Assembly (NCBI GenBank): GCA_965112735.1
Contig: OZ218950.1
Location: 3,534,001 to 3,598,000 of the forward strand
From: Phaeosaccion multiseriatum
Taxonomy: Eukaryota > Protista > Ochrophyta, other classes
Length of the DNA: 64,000 nt
Direction of reading: 5' to 3'
Below the pieces are notes generated by a model. It saw only the letters and a list, made by a program, of their open reading frames with translations, was not told the DNA's origin and did not search any database. Made by a program: the position numbers and the translations under genes. Of this stretch, positions 23,021 to 36,431 are shown piece after piece. Numbering within the stretch: the first letter of the stretch is position 1; each line of letters starts with the position of its first letter.

Positions 23021-25798
23021 TCAAAACTCGTAAATATCCTCGTCACCACCACCACCACCTCCTCCTCGTCCTCCTCCTCCTCCGCTTGTTGAGCCCTCGC
23101 TGCGTCCCGCTGTCGAGTCTTCGCTCGCCCTACTCGCCTTTCCCCGCCGGCCACCGTCACTGCTACCGCTGCCCTCTATTGATCCTCCTCCATCCTCCTC
23201 TCTTCTATCACCACCACCCTTCGCTTCCGCCCCAACCCCCTGGGAACCACCGCCCGTTGCATTGTTCTTGCTCGCGACCTTCTCCAGGTCAAAGTCTCTC
23301 ATTTGGCGTTTCAAGTCCTTGGCTTCAATGAGTTGGCTTTCGACAAGCGGGTTGCCGGTGAGAGGGTCGATTGAGCCTTGCTTGTGCAGCCACATTCGGA
23401 TCATGTCCCGGTCGTACGTGTTGCCATACGGAGTGAGCACAGGGTCTTTCATCACCCGTTTGGAGAGCTGGCACACAAAGGCTGCAGGCGTTCCTGCGGG
23501 CACGACGGGCACTTTGACCTGGCTGCTCAGCGTACTCCCCCCACCAAAGCCGCCTCTTGCTCGGTCCTTCCCCTCCGCCTTTTCCTCTCCCCCACCGGGC
23601 CGCGCTCTTCCCAGGGCTGGAAGCTCACCGAGCAACGAACCTCGGTGCAACGCTGCTGGCTTGGCTTCTTCCTGCTCGCCCTGCCGATCCCCTGACTGCG
23701 CTTTCGCATCGCCTGCTTGCCCCGTTCTGGTGGGCGACTGCGACTTCCCTCTCGCCCCCTTGGGACTGCTACTGCCGTGCTTGCTGTTCTCCAGGGCCTT
23801 GCTCTTGGGCTTTGCTGCTTCTTCTGGGTCAGACTCTGTCGGCTTCACCCCTGGGGAAAGAGAGGATCATGCATCGGTTGCAGGATAGAGTCAAGTATTG
23901 TGTATAGGCAACAAAGCAGAGGAAGATTGGTTAGAGTGAGTTGTCTCCTATGCGCTTGGCTCTTCTCGAAAAGAACCCACCCACTCTCAGTCTCTACGCC
24001 GTTTGACAATCACGTTCGTTGTACAGTGCGAGTGGTGCCTGGACCCGATTCGGAAACACCTCCATCCTCCCCGTGTATCACCCACCTATGAACATCTGCC
24101 CGTTCTCGTCCATGCCGAGGATGAAGGTGGGCACGGGCATGTCCTTTGCCGCCCTTTCGCCGGCAATCTCCTCAATAGCAGTGCGAATAGACGGAAGAGA
24201 AGCCAAATTGTACGGCATCGCTCCCTGCGTGGGTCAGACCAAAGGGTCCAAGAATGGTGACGGAGGAAGAGGGGGGGGGGTAGAGGTGACGAAGGGGAGG
24301 ACGAGGGGGAGGAAGATGAGGATGAGGAGATGGAGAAGGAGAAGCAGGAGGTGCCCCACTTTTCGCAGTACAGAGTCAGAGACGGAGAAAGGAAGCACTA
24401 CCTCTGTTCTCTCTCTCTCCCTCTCTCTGGCTCAAGCTTGCACTTCAAAGCGCTGCACCTCTACGTGCGACCGGTTCGGTAGCTGTTGTGACCGCCATTG
24501 TACGTACGTACCTGAGTGTTCTTCTTGAGTGCGTCCGCGCCGTGCACCAGGAGCAGCTGTACCACCTCCGCGTTGTTGTAGAAGCAGGCCTCGTGCAGGG
24601 CCGTCCAGCCAAGGTGGTTGGTGAGATCCTTGTCGGCGCCCCTGTCCAGCAAGAACTTGCAAATCTCTGCATGCCCGCAACGCGAGGCCTGAGGGAGACA
24701 AACGAAAGCAAAAGGACGACGCAAGGTAGCGTAAGAGGGCAGGGAACGGCAGGGCAGGGCACGGGAAGGTTGGGCGGTTGTTCAACCCATTCGACCGAAG
24801 GGGGCTCACCTCCCCCAGAGCCGACTGCGGTGGCCCTCGCATGAACTGAGAGCCCTTGGAGTCCTCCTCGCTGGGAATGTGTCCGATGTTTGCTCCCGCA
24901 GAAACCAGTGCCTTTACTATCGCCGTGAAGCCGCGGTGGCACGCCTCCAAGAGGGGCGTCCAGGCAACGTCTGCTCGTCAAGGTGGGCAATAAGAAGGAG
25001 GAAGAGAGGGGATCAGATGGGCACCCTTTTACTGACTGCCGATTGAGAGAGTGCCTGGCCCAGTGCCAGACCTAGCCCCCTCCCCACCTCACCGTTTTTG
25101 CAGTCAACTTTGGCCCCTGCCTCTAGCAGCCCTTCCACCATGGGCAGTACGCCGTAGGCCGCTGCCATGTGGAGGGGAGTCCAGCCGGAGTTGAAGGCAC
25201 CTGGGAGCGAGGCAAGAGAGCAGCAAACGCCGTGCGTCATGGGAAGGAGGTGGCGTCAAAGCAAGGCCCCCAAGTCTGAGCCCTTTTCCAGGCCTGCGCG
25301 CCCCGGGCCCCCCATGTAACCATACCTGGCCCTCGCTTGGTCTTCAAATTCAGGTTTCCTCCCTTTCTCTTGACCTCTTTCAAAATGGCCAGGCCAGCCT
25401 TGGAGGTGCTATTGCTGTGGCAGCACGCGTGGAGAGCCGTCCAGCCGTCGTCGTTGGTCACGTCCTCGCCGACCTTGTCCAGGTACACGGCCCGGTCCTG
25501 CAGAAGGACCATGAAGTACCTGTGATACGCGTTTTACCGGGGCGGTAGAAGTACACTTGAGCAACCACAGGCAAAGAGGCCATTCCATTTCAAAGCATGG
25601 GCATTACTTCTTCAACCCTTTCCCCCGGTTACTACTTCCAAAACCACAGAGGTTAGGTACTCACTTTTTCTCGAGCTCAGGGTCTATAAGGGGGGGAGGG
25701 TTAAGGCTGTTCTCGTCGTCCAAGTCCTCGCACTCCTCCTCTCCGCTCTTCGTTCGCTCCGCTGACGATGAGCACCGCGAGGACGATGGAGGCGCCAT
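23021..25798 (-). CDS. Ankyrin-repeat + U-box E3 ubiquitin ligase (multi-exon)
   Basis: Ankyrin motifs GWTALHACCH, GWTPLHMAAAYG, TPLLEACHRG, GWTALHEACFYN; U-box PAAFVCQLSKRVMKDPVLTPYGNTYDRDMIRMWL..DPLTGNPL. Confidence 0.88.
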
Positions 25799-26310
25799 AT
25801 CAAACTCTTTGAGAGAATGGATTCCTGTGGAGGGACGGACGGGTCGGCGCGGGAGGAGAGAGAGAGAGGGTGAGGTGTGAATCTCATTTTTCCTTCTATT
25901 CCTTCTACTTAACCACTACTCCCTCCCGCTGGCAGCGTTGTCGCGCTCCTCCTCCCCCCCCCCTCCCACCCTCCTCCTCATCCTCCTCTCCCTCTCTCTT
26001 CCTCTTTATTGTCTCTCACCCGGAAAGCTCATTTCGGAGATGGCATTGCCCAGGAGCATGGTGTAGGCCAGCATTTCCTCCATCTGCGCAGAAGCCTGCG
26101 GGTGGCTGGCCCCTCCCCCCATGATGCGCAGCCCTTTGAGCCGAGAGAGAGGGGCAGATCTCGTAACGGGTGGCACACCTCTTACGTAAAGGTTACGTGT
26201 GTAGCGGGGATGATCAAAATCGGGCGCAAAACGCAATCAGACAGCTGAGCCTGGGTGGGTGGGTGCGTGGGTGGGTGCGCCTGAGTGGGCGCCTGATTGG
26301 GGACGGCGCG

Positions 26311-28379
26311 ATGCACGAGAAAGTTCTCCTCATCTACTGCGCTGTAGCTTTCAGCCTCAGCCTGGGCTCCTTCGTCCTGAAGCACGAGCTGGCGAGGCAC
26401 AGCAAGGAAAGCAAGATCAGCAGAGCCGCGGAGTACGTGAAAGGAGTCGAAGTTGCCGGCTATGTGGCTCTGTGGTATGGTGAGTGGCCACTTCCCATCC
26501 CGAACTTGCTGGAGTGAAGCGTCTCACCTCGAGGGAGAGGGTCCAGGTGTTGTCCTTCTTCCTCCCTCTCTCATCGCGCGGCTTAGCTGAGCCGCTCTCT
26601 CTGTCTCCTTCTCAACAGCAGCAGTATGCTTACGTTTCCTTTCGCCCCCTGCTGATGAGAGTTTGCGAACAATCTGTCCCCGCCCCGCCCGACATAGGCT
26701 TCTCTGTGTCTTTTACCATCATCAATCGCTGGGTCTTTCACCAGTGGGCCGGTGGGTTTCCTTTCCCGATCACACTCTCAGCATCGCACATGTGGTTCAA
26801 GTTTCTTATCACTCGAATACTTATGCGAGGGACGAAGAGACCACAGGTAAGGGGGCTGGTAGTAAGTAGCAGCAGAAGGAAAGCGAGAGAGAAAGAGAGA
26901 GAGGGCATGGGGGAAGGCTCGGGCGACGTGATAAGTGATAAAACTTGACTGGGCAGTGCTGCTTGAGGAGAGGAATATAACTGCATTCCCCAGCGTGCTT
27001 TTGGATCCGCTATAGCCACTAACATCTGCCTGGTCTCCTCCTGACAGCCCCTGGGAAGGCCGGTGTACTGGAGGACTGCAGCCCCGATTGGAATCTTCAC
27101 AGCTTGCGACATCACCCTCAGCAACGCGTCGTTCATGTTTGTAACAGTCACATTCTACACGATAGTCAAGAGCGCGGGGCTTTTATGGATCCTCTTGTGG
27201 GGAGTCTGCTTGAGACTGGAGCCACCATCGTGAGTGCAAGTACTCCCATCAGGAGGAGCAGAAGAAATACTTTCATCGGGAGGGAGGATGTTGAGCGTGA
27301 AATTTCCCTTTTCATCAACCCGCCCTGAGTGTTTGCTTTCTTCACTTCCCTCACCGCCCTACCACTCACCGCAGAGCGAGCTTAGGCCTCATCGTTGTGG
27401 TGACCTGTTTGGGCCTGGGACTGGCTTATGCGGGCGGAGACACAGATTTCAGCACTGTGGGCATGGTTCTGGTAATGCTGAGCTCAGCTTTGTCAGGTTT
27501 GTAGACCAACAAGAGAAGGTTTCTCATGGCCTGGCTCTCCCTCCCGATTGCATCCGCCGCTTTGCTTTTTGACGGTCTTGCCCGCTCACCGCCCTAGCTC
27601 TCCCAGGCGCTGCTGTTCCTCATCCTCAACTCTCCGAGCCTGCCGTCTGCGGTCGCCCACCGCCCACCACCACCCCTAATGTAGACCTCTGGCCTCTGCC
27701 TTGCCCATACCCTTGCCCTCTCTCTCCCCGGTTCGATGACTCCACTCCAGGCTTGCGTTGGTCCCTCACACAGGTACTGCGGGAGGTGGACGCGTCGTGT
27801 TCTAATCCGCTGGTGATAGTCTACCACATTGCCTCCGCGAGCTCATTGTCCGTGGTTCCCTTCACTGCGCTGGAAGTTGTGCCCTTTCTGCGTAGCGACT
27901 TTACGGCACCCTGGAGGATCTTGGAGCTCGCGGGCATTTGTGCTGGAGGAGGCGTGGTGGGGTTCTTCATTGTGCTGGTGGAGGTACAACTTGTGAAGCT
28001 CACATCGGGGCTGACACTCGGCATGTTTGGCAACATTAAGGAGCTGGTGCAAATTGCGCTTGCCATGGCGGTGTTTCACGACCATTTAACGCCGCTCAAC
28101 GGCATGGGGCTGCTCCTGTCCATGGGAGGTAGTGTGAGCTATCTACTATTCAAGCAGCGGCAGGGGCGGCAGGAGGGGAGGGGGGGGGTGGGGGGGAAAG
28201 CCCTGACTTATGCGGAGGTATCGCAAGACGAGCTCGGCGCGGAGATGCGCGCCTTTGAGTTTTCTGGCGTTGATTGGGACAAAGACGGGGATGGGTACCT
28301 CAGCGATGGATGGGATGACGATATATCCACCCAAGCCAACACGGACGATACAATTGGATCCACGACAGTGTTCACGTGA
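26311..28379 (+). CDS. SLC35C2: SLC35C2-like nucleotide-sugar / TPT-family transporter (about 5 exons; start uncertain)
   Basis: FTIINRWVF..FPFPITLSASHMW; PIGIFTACDITLSNASFMFVTVTFYTIVKSAG; GLRWSLTQV; EVQLVKLTSGLTLGMFGNIKELVQI; multiple TM helices. Confidence 0.8.
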
Positions 28380-29450
28380 CGCGTAGGTCCGACAGCTCTT
28401 GCTCTATCTGAAAGTCGAGACAAGGGCAGGGAGGCTGGAAAGGGTCCCCCATGGGTCGACGCGCTGGAGGGTTTTCTCGGCTTCGGTCCTGCCCAGCATC
28501 TCTGCGCCCAGCGAACTAGTACTGCTGAGTAGTGCTCAAGCGCCATGGTCGCTCTGGGCCTTGTCTTGGTCCCTCCTGACCACCGAAGCGAGGCTTCATT
28601 TGATACTTAGCCGCGAAACTGGGACTGCGCACATGGAGAAGCTGAACTACGCACAGACGCAAAAGGAGGCCCACAGAGAAGCCCCGTGTCCATGGACATG
28701 ACATGGTCCGCCCTAAGACCGTGAGACATACATCCCAGCAGCCTTCTTCCTCGGAAGACAACTTCCCATGCAGAGGCGGGGACAGGGCAAGCCTCTTGAG
28801 CCCCTGAAGGCTGAGCTTGTAAGTGGTGCGTCATGCTGCCACCCCCCTTCTCGCTACGCGCTGCGCAGTAGCATTTTAAAACAAAGAAGCGCAGAGATCA
28901 TATCCTTGTTCTCACGTCACCGGCACTACCAGTGCTGCTCGAGGGCGTCGTTTGTTGGTCTTTCAGGAGGCGGTTGTAACCGTCGTAATCGCTCTCGGCG
29001 GTTCGGGAAAAGCACTCTGAAGGTACACAAAGCCCCCTCTACAAGGACGAGCAGTCACATCTCCGAGCTCTGGGTCGGTCCATCCTCACGAAAAGATGCA
29101 GAGGTGACTGTGCACTCTGTCGGTTGTCAAGGACAGAGCGAGAGAAGAGAGAAGTCGCTGTTGTGGTACTTGTGTCTCCTATTTATTTCCTTCCCAACGA
29201 GGATGGGGTACACTGAGGTGCGGCGACCAACACCACACTTATGTGTATCTTGGACGAACACCGCCACTATGAAACAATCTACTCTTTCTCCCTCCCACCA
29301 CCCCCCTCTATACGATATTCTACTCTGACGAGAGAGAGAAGTACATGCCATAAGCCAGAAACTCAACGCGCCGCCCCGCCGGCCATGCCATCCTACTCGT
29401 TCACCTATCACAAATACTTCCACTCTCTTGTTTACACAAGCAAGCACCTC

Positions 29451-32132
29451 CTACAGCTCGAATGAGAACTCCTCCACAGCGAAGAGCCTCCAGTCGATCT
29501 GCCTCGCTGCACGCACGCACTCCTTCACCATGGCGTCGGGCCCGCTGGCCAGCACGCGAATCTTCCCGCGGCCCTCCTCCCCCTCCGCAAGGCGCTTCTC
29601 GGCGCGCAGGAGCTCCCACACATCAGGTTGGCCAGGCTTGACAGGGGCCGTCGACAAGGCGAAGGGCTCGCGCTCCTCGCTCTCCTTGAGTTCCTCGCCA
29701 TTGCGCACATCCGAGCCGTTGGTGGGGGCCATCAATCCAGCGCCACCATTCGTCGCGGTATCGGCGACGCTGGCGCCCTTGGCGGCGGTCGAACTCGTGG
29801 GGGTGGAGAAGCAGGGCCGGAGGATCATCGTCCACACCAGCCCCCAGAACATGAGGAAGGCGATTGCCCACGCCACGCTGAGCCTATCATGAGTCCACCT
29901 CCGTGGTATCCTCTCGGTGTGTTGCACTTCTCCTCGTACTGGGCGAACATTGCACCGACGTACCCACCGCTCAGGGCGAAGGGCGTCCGCATCACGTCCA
30001 CGAAGGCGGGCGCGTAGGAGGCTTGAGGAACACGGGTAAGGGAGGAAGCGGCGGCAGCGGCGGACGGCCACTCTACGAGCGTGGTGCCTTCCCCCTCCTC
30101 CGCACGCACCAGTGCTTTCTCCTTGGAGCGGCTGGCCGTGCAGTGCAGTGTCACGCTGAGCTTGCGCGAGCCCAGCCCAGCCTGCGCGAGGAAGGTGGGC
30201 AGTGCGGCACCCAAGAGCTCCATCTCCAGAAGCGATCGCGTGCACCACACCAAATGCACCTCGGAAAGGAGTGCCCTCGCTCCACCATCTGCGGTGGCAG
30301 ATGCTGCGGCGAGGCTCCAGTCTTGGAGGAAGCCCAGGAAGGGCGCGAGGCCGCTGCCTCTGGCCACGAGCACCACGCGCTCGGCTCCAAGGGCCGCGTG
30401 CGAGATGAAGGCGACGTGGTGTCGTTTGTAGGGCCCAGCCATGTCGACAAGGACAGAGGAAGGATCGCACACACATTCACCGCCACCCCTTCCTCTCACG
30501 CCTCTCTCACTCACACACACTATGCACGCAAACTAGACTACTACTGTACACACCTGCCAGGAGGCGAGTCTTGTGGCGACGTGAGCCGCGTAAGTAAGCA
30601 TAGGGGCGATGAGGAAGTAGCTAGGCCACCGTATCGTCGTGCAGGCAAGCGAAGACGAGGACGGGGATGGCGAGCCAGTGCACGGCCTTGAAGAGCGAAT
30701 AGTACTTCTTGCGCACTGCGGCTAGGGAGGTGATCCACATGGGCAGGCCCAGCACGATGGTCATCCAGCCGAACGGAATGTTGGTGCCTCCCGTCCAGTG
30801 CGTGGACTCTTCATAACCTGTTTGGCGCCTTTCAATAGTAGAAGGAGGGGGAGAAGACGAAGACAGTTGACGTTTAGTTTCGCACATGACGTGTATTTAG
30901 TCAAAGCTGCTCCTCACTGTCCTCAACCTTTCCAATCTCCCCTGCCTTCCCTTCCCAACGTGGAGCAACGATAGATATGATGCACCACTCACCTCCCAAC
31001 AGGGCCCAGTACACCCACCCAGAAGAGCCCTCCGTGCAGGAGCAGGGCCCAAGACGCCATTTGCCCCACCACCTTGTTGTACAGCACGGCTCTCTCGAAG
31101 CTCACGCCCATGCCGTTGAGCAGGCGACTCGTCCGAGCAACAGGAAGCAGCACCACTGAGAAGTTAGCCATACACACAATACCAAACTGAAACGCCACTA
31201 GCTAGAGAAAGGGGTGTATTGGCTCTGGTGCCCAGCCGCTTCCCGCCCCCCAGCGACTCATCCGGCGGATATCTCAGTGGACGAGCATGCGGATGTTGGC
31301 GGCAATCCAGCTCAGTGCCACCGGGGCTTCGCCCACGGGGATCCACCTGGTGGGGGCGAGGGACAAGAAGGAGAGAAAGGCCCAAGCATTGAGGTGCTGG
31401 ATCGAAGGCAACTGAGCCGACCGATCGAGAGGCACGAGGCAGAACTCCTCGTGCACGCTGGGTGGGGGTTTGTGACTAGCTACTTACGGAGCTCGTTGTG
31501 AGAGGACTGGCCCCAGCTTGTAGTGCAGCACAGCGGCGCAAATCTGGTACATAGAGCCGATCTTGGACGGCGGTGAGGCAGCATCAAACTTGGACGAAGC
31601 TGAGGCTCGAAGGCGGCGGTGGATCCAGAGGGTCTCGTGGAGAGCTCCAAAGAGTGTGGCGCCAAAAAGTGGTATCACGGTGAAGACGAAGATGAGGTTA
31701 CTGTTTGGCATGGGCATGGGTACGAGGGGCAGCATCGAGTCAGAAAAGAGGCGGAGCTCTTTTTTTTGTACGTCAGAAGTACGGCCCTGCACCAGCAGAA
31801 ACAGCACCGACAGCAGCAGCGCAGCGAGATGTGCAGCAGGACAAGCAACCCACCTGCTCTCCTCCCACCCCTCCCCCTCCTCATATCTGCTGACTTGAAG
31901 TTTGCTGGTGCACCTACTTGCTATTGCGGATGGAAAATTTACCCAGCTGTAGCGCAAACGTCTCATCTCCTCCTCGAATAGAAATGTTGACCCTGTACCA
32001 ATTCGAGCTGCACACCCCAATGAAGAAGCACACCGCGGCGAGGGAGCACATAGTTGAGAAGCGAAGGAAGAGCAGCATCACCCCATCCGGTGCGTTTGGA
32101 CCGCCCGGTCGAAGCTTCATGGTGGAAGACAT
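29451..32132 (-). pseudogene. Ferric reductase-like (FRE/FRO/NOX family) pseudogene
   Basis: LLPVARTS..GVSFERAV, YSLFKAVHWL...LH, AGPY, VLVA(R)GSGLAPF, HLVW, VLASGPDAM, EEFSFEL. Lesions: TGA 31274-6, TAG 31202-4, 4-nt insertion ~30620, frameshift ~29883, missing FAD-binding region. Confidence 0.85.
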
Positions 32133-32299
32133 TGTACAAGGGAAGGGAGCGAAGCAGGGCACCGAAGAACAAATCCGGAAGGGTAAAAATGTGGGGCGGT
32201 TGTATGTCTAAAAGTAACGAAGGAGAACGGTTGGTGCTTCAATTTTCACAGCGGGCGGCATAGAAGCTCTTTTTTTTAGAGGGGAGGGAGGACTCTCTC

Positions 32300-35200
32300 A
32301 TGATTCGGCAGAGAGCTGCTAGTCGCGGTGATCGCATAAGTGGAGGAGAGGCCAGATTTCCGGTCGAGGCTCCTGCTGCTGCTGCGGGTCCTGCAGCCTC
32401 ATCAGCCAATCAAGGCAGAGGAGATCGCCAACGGGCTCCCCAGCCGGGCTTTCGATATAACGCGAGGCTATGGGCATTGGGCGCCCCGAGCATGGTTGTC
32501 GTACTGCTTTTGGGTGGCAGAACCACGTCGCTGGTGCTGTCCATCGGGATCATGGTGGGCTACTGCTTCGATCTCGCGAACAACAAGGAGGGGGCACTAC
32601 TGACGTTGTGGGCAACCATGCTCGTGACGGCTTGTTTCGTGCTCTTCACGGCCAGCTTTCTCTTGAAGGTGAGCGAGCTTCCCCCTGCAGGAGAGATCTC
32701 TTGGCACACTGTCGTTGCTCAGATAGGGGGTTAAGGTGTGTATGGTTGGGCCGCCGACGGGCTCGCGCCTCGGGCTTGTCGTCCTCTAATTTCTCATACC
32801 TACGCGCACCACCTGTTTCTTCCCGTCCCACCCTTTGGCCACGCAAATCAGGGATCCCTGCTGGCGTGGTTTCAGCTAGCAGTGCTTGCAATCTATCTGA
32901 GTCTTGTCCTTCTGTGGGCCACTCTTCAGTTCCGCTGGATGTACGGCCAAGAGCCCCTCCTGGCAGGCCTCATGGAGAGAGTGCTGCTCTCCAGCTGGCC
33001 TCTGACGTCCGCAATGCTCGTCTTCTGGGGGGGCGTGGCGATGGTGGGGGCAGAGTACGCGGCCCTGATTCTGCTGCTGTCTCTATATGCCGCGGCATCG
33101 CTGTACGGCAGCGGCGGCGCCTCCCAGCAGCACCTGTGGGGAGGGAACGCCACTGTTGCCTCGTCCGCCTCCGCCTCAGCTGCCGCCGCAGCCGCAGCAA
33201 AGGGAGCGATGATGACGCCAGAGGCCGCAGGGCAGTTACACGCCGCCATGATGATCCTCCCTGCCTCGCTCCAGCTGGTCATGTACCGGAAAGGTCTGCT
33301 GAGCGGCTTTGCCAGCACTCTTCTCCTGGAGCTGGTGCTCTTAATAGCACTGCCGTGCATATGTATGTGGACGCTTGTGCCCCGGGGAGGCTTGTGGTGG
33401 CTCTCACCTCGGCGGCGACGAGTCCTTGAGGAAGACATTCTTGTGCTCCTGGGGCCTGCAGCAGTGTGCGTCGCTCTGGAGTGCTGCAACTCCTTGTACT
33501 TGATGGACTGGATCCGGCAAGGCAGTGGCAGAAGCAGCAGCAGTAGTAGCAGCAGTCTCTCGTGGCTGCTAGCCTGGGATCGGGCCTTGCTCTCGCTGTC
33601 CGTATACTTTGCAGTCGGGGGAGCTCTGGCGGCAAGGCGGATGAGCAACAACGTGGGAAAGGTTTGCTTCCGAGTGACAGCGGTGCTCTCCGCACGGTTC
33701 TTGCTCATTGCCTGCGGTGTGGAGTCTGCGGCACGTCTTCTCCTCCCGGGGGGCACACAGCTCATTGTGGACGGGGTGGTTCTCTCGTTGGCCATTTTCT
33801 GCCAGTCTAGACAGCTGATACACTACATGGTGGTGGTGTTGGGCAGCGGCGTAGCACTGGCGGCGTGGGGAGCAGGCAGCGGGTGGCAGGAGGAGGGACA
33901 CGGCTTCAGGGTGTCGACAGGCGAGCCCTTGGAAGTGGGGCCCTGGTCCATCACCCCCGCCTTTCGAGTCTCCGATGACAGCTTCGTCCTGCTCGCAGCA
34001 GCTCTGTGCTCCATCTCTGCGGCTCTGCCGGGCTTGCTCATGCTCGGGACTCGGGCAGAAGTGATTAGTGTCTTACTGACGCTGCAGGCGGGGGGTTTAG
34101 CCTTGGCCGAGGCTTTCCTCCATGCAGAAGACTCCTCTCCCTCACCCCTCCAGGGCCCCGGAGGAGATGCGCTGTACCCGGCATATCTGATGCTACTTAC
34201 GGGAACGGCGGGGCTTGCCATTTTATTGCGCCTATGGTCAGAATGGAGGCTAGAGATGTATCACTTGTGGATGGCGTGCTGTATTCATGTGGGCAAAGCT
34301 CTCGCTGCGGGCGTGGTGAGCGCGACGGCGGGCAGGGGGAGCATGGCCGCGGCTGGTGATAGGCATGTGCAGCTGACTTTTGGCAATACATTCCTGCCTA
34401 TTCTCGGTCTCCTGCTAGCACTCAGTGCACCCTGGCTCTACGGGAGCGAGGAGAGAGGGGGAAGCGGCACAAGGGCCTCTGGCTTGGAGGGCTCCATGAT
34501 GCTTTGCTGGGTAGCGACAGGGCTGTGGTTCTCCAGCGATGCGCTGCTCCGGCCGCTTTTGCAGCTGGTGCTGGGGGGCGGAAGGGATCGGGGAGTGAAC
34601 GGAGCGGAGATTACAGCGGCTGCAGGGGTGGTCTTGTCAGTCTTTTTGCTCTGTCTGGTGGGAAAACACTTCCCCAACAATATCCGCATGCGGCGGATTG
34701 GAACAGCGCTGCTGGTTACGTCGTTGGTTGTGGCAGTCGTTCAACCAGAGCTGTCTTCGCTGCCTGTCTTTGGTGGCGGGGAGGCGGCTGGAGGAGGAGT
34801 AGGAGGCGGGACAGGAGCATGGGGGCTCGGCCAGTGGAGCGGAGCGCTTGCCGTTTCGTACGCATTACTTGCTCTTGTGGGTCTCGCTCCAGCGGCAGCG
34901 ACCTCAGTCTACCACCGTATCGTGGTTTCAGCGGTCTTTGGGGGAGCGTTGGGGATCAGCGTGGCGGCGTCTTCGTTGCCCGGTGTCTTCTTTGCTTCGA
35001 CGGGCTCCCACCCAGCGGTTGCGCTTCTGTCGCTTCCCTTCTTCTCCATGTTTGCACTGGTGGCGTTTTTGCTGCTGGAGACTTTCCGCCCTCGCCCCAA
35101 GACGCACCTATCCACGACCCTGCCCACGGCCTACACGGTCTTTATGGGCCTCGCGGGCGGCTCCTACTGCCTCTTGCTCATGTGGGGACTGCGTGGCGGC

Positions 35201-36246
35201 GCAGGGGGCGCGCGGAGGGGGCTTCGGGCGTTGTTCTTTGCCGAGTTATCTCAGCTCTACTTGGCTGTCGTGGCCATGCTCAATTTTGCCATTGCTCTCG
35301 GCTTCAAGGTAGCGAGCGGAGTAGGAAGGGGCGCAGCCACAAGAGCGGGAGCAGCAGCAGCCGGAGGAGGAGCAGCGACGGCGGCAGCGGTAGCGGCAGG
35401 GTATGGACGGCCCAACTCAGTCTCCGCCCTGGACAGAGAACGGTGGATGCCCGTGATTGGCAACGTGGCTTGCGTCAGCTGCTTTGCCGGGGTCATGTCT
35501 CTCGTCGCGCTTCGGTCACACTCGGAGTTGTACCACACCTTGGCCATCTTCCCGTTGAGCAGCCTTCTGCTCCTCTTACAGAACGACAGACGCTTTTTTG
35601 CAAATTTGAAGGAGCGGAATCGCCATGTCCCCTGCCTTGTGGTCGCCACGCTACTGCTCACAGCCTCGGCGCTCTACTACGTGTTGCTGAGGGTAAGTCC
35701 CAGGCGGATGGATTGGCCTCGCGACCACGAGTTGCTCGTGCCTCTTCTGTTTATTCTTGCCTCTTCTTTTTATTCTCGGTCATCTCCGCGCACCCCCCCT
35801 CCCCGCACGGGCTCTCGCTCTCTCTCTCTCTCCTTACTACTATGCCCTCCCTCCCCCCCTTATCTCAGGACTTGACGGACCCTCACCCCGCACCTGCCAA
35901 GCCCTCCTCGATCGCTGGCCTCGTTTTGCGTTCACATGAGGTGCCCGTTAATGCGCACTTGGCTTCTGTCAGTGTGTGGTCGGCAGACGGGCTCTTTGTG
36001 CCGTTGCTGCATCTGGTACTCACGGTGGTCACCCTCCCTTCCCACGCCCGCTACCTGGGCTACCTCTGGACCCATGCCTCTCAGAGAGATGGGGCAGTCC
36101 TGTGGGCCATGGGTGTTAACGTGGTGCCGCTGGTGCTGGCGGACTTGGTCTGTGTTCGGCTGCTGGGGCTGCTGGGACTGGTGGGTGGGTTGATGCAGAT
36201 CCACTTGTCCCATCAGCACAAGAAGAGAGGCATGGCCGGTATATAG
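32300..36246 (+). CDS. NEF1: NO EXINE FORMATION 1-like polytopic membrane protein (exons 32300-32668, 32852-35692, 35869-36246)
   Basis: About 1,200 aa with >20 TM segments. FRYNARLW..LGGR..GIMVGYCFD, LQFRW...MERVLL, WMPVIGNVA, IFPLSSLLLLLQND and TLPSH match my recollection of plant NEF1 blocks. Confidence 0.8.
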
Positions 36247-36431
36247 CCCAATTTACGAAGAAGATCAGCTCGATGCCTCTTTGCTTACGTACTCTTATCT
36301 GTCATCCAGCCCCCCGGAGCAAAGAGTGGTGCTTGAGAGCGAATTACACCATCAACAAATGACAACCCACTGTATTCACATAATGCCTATTTACACTGTT
36401 TCGAGGAGCAGTCCCCTTACCCCCACAGCTC

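Noticed and set aside
31274-31276. Selenocysteine or readthrough at the in-frame TGA of the ferric reductase
   Set aside because: The same gene has a TAG, frameshifts, lost catalytic residues and a deleted domain, so pseudogenisation is the simpler explanation.
34504-35868. Overlapping 580-aa ORF inside NEF1, and similar long alternative or antisense ORFs throughout
   Set aside because: Only its last ~125 codons are the true final NEF1 exon; the rest, like most alternative ORFs here, reflects high GC and triplet repeats.
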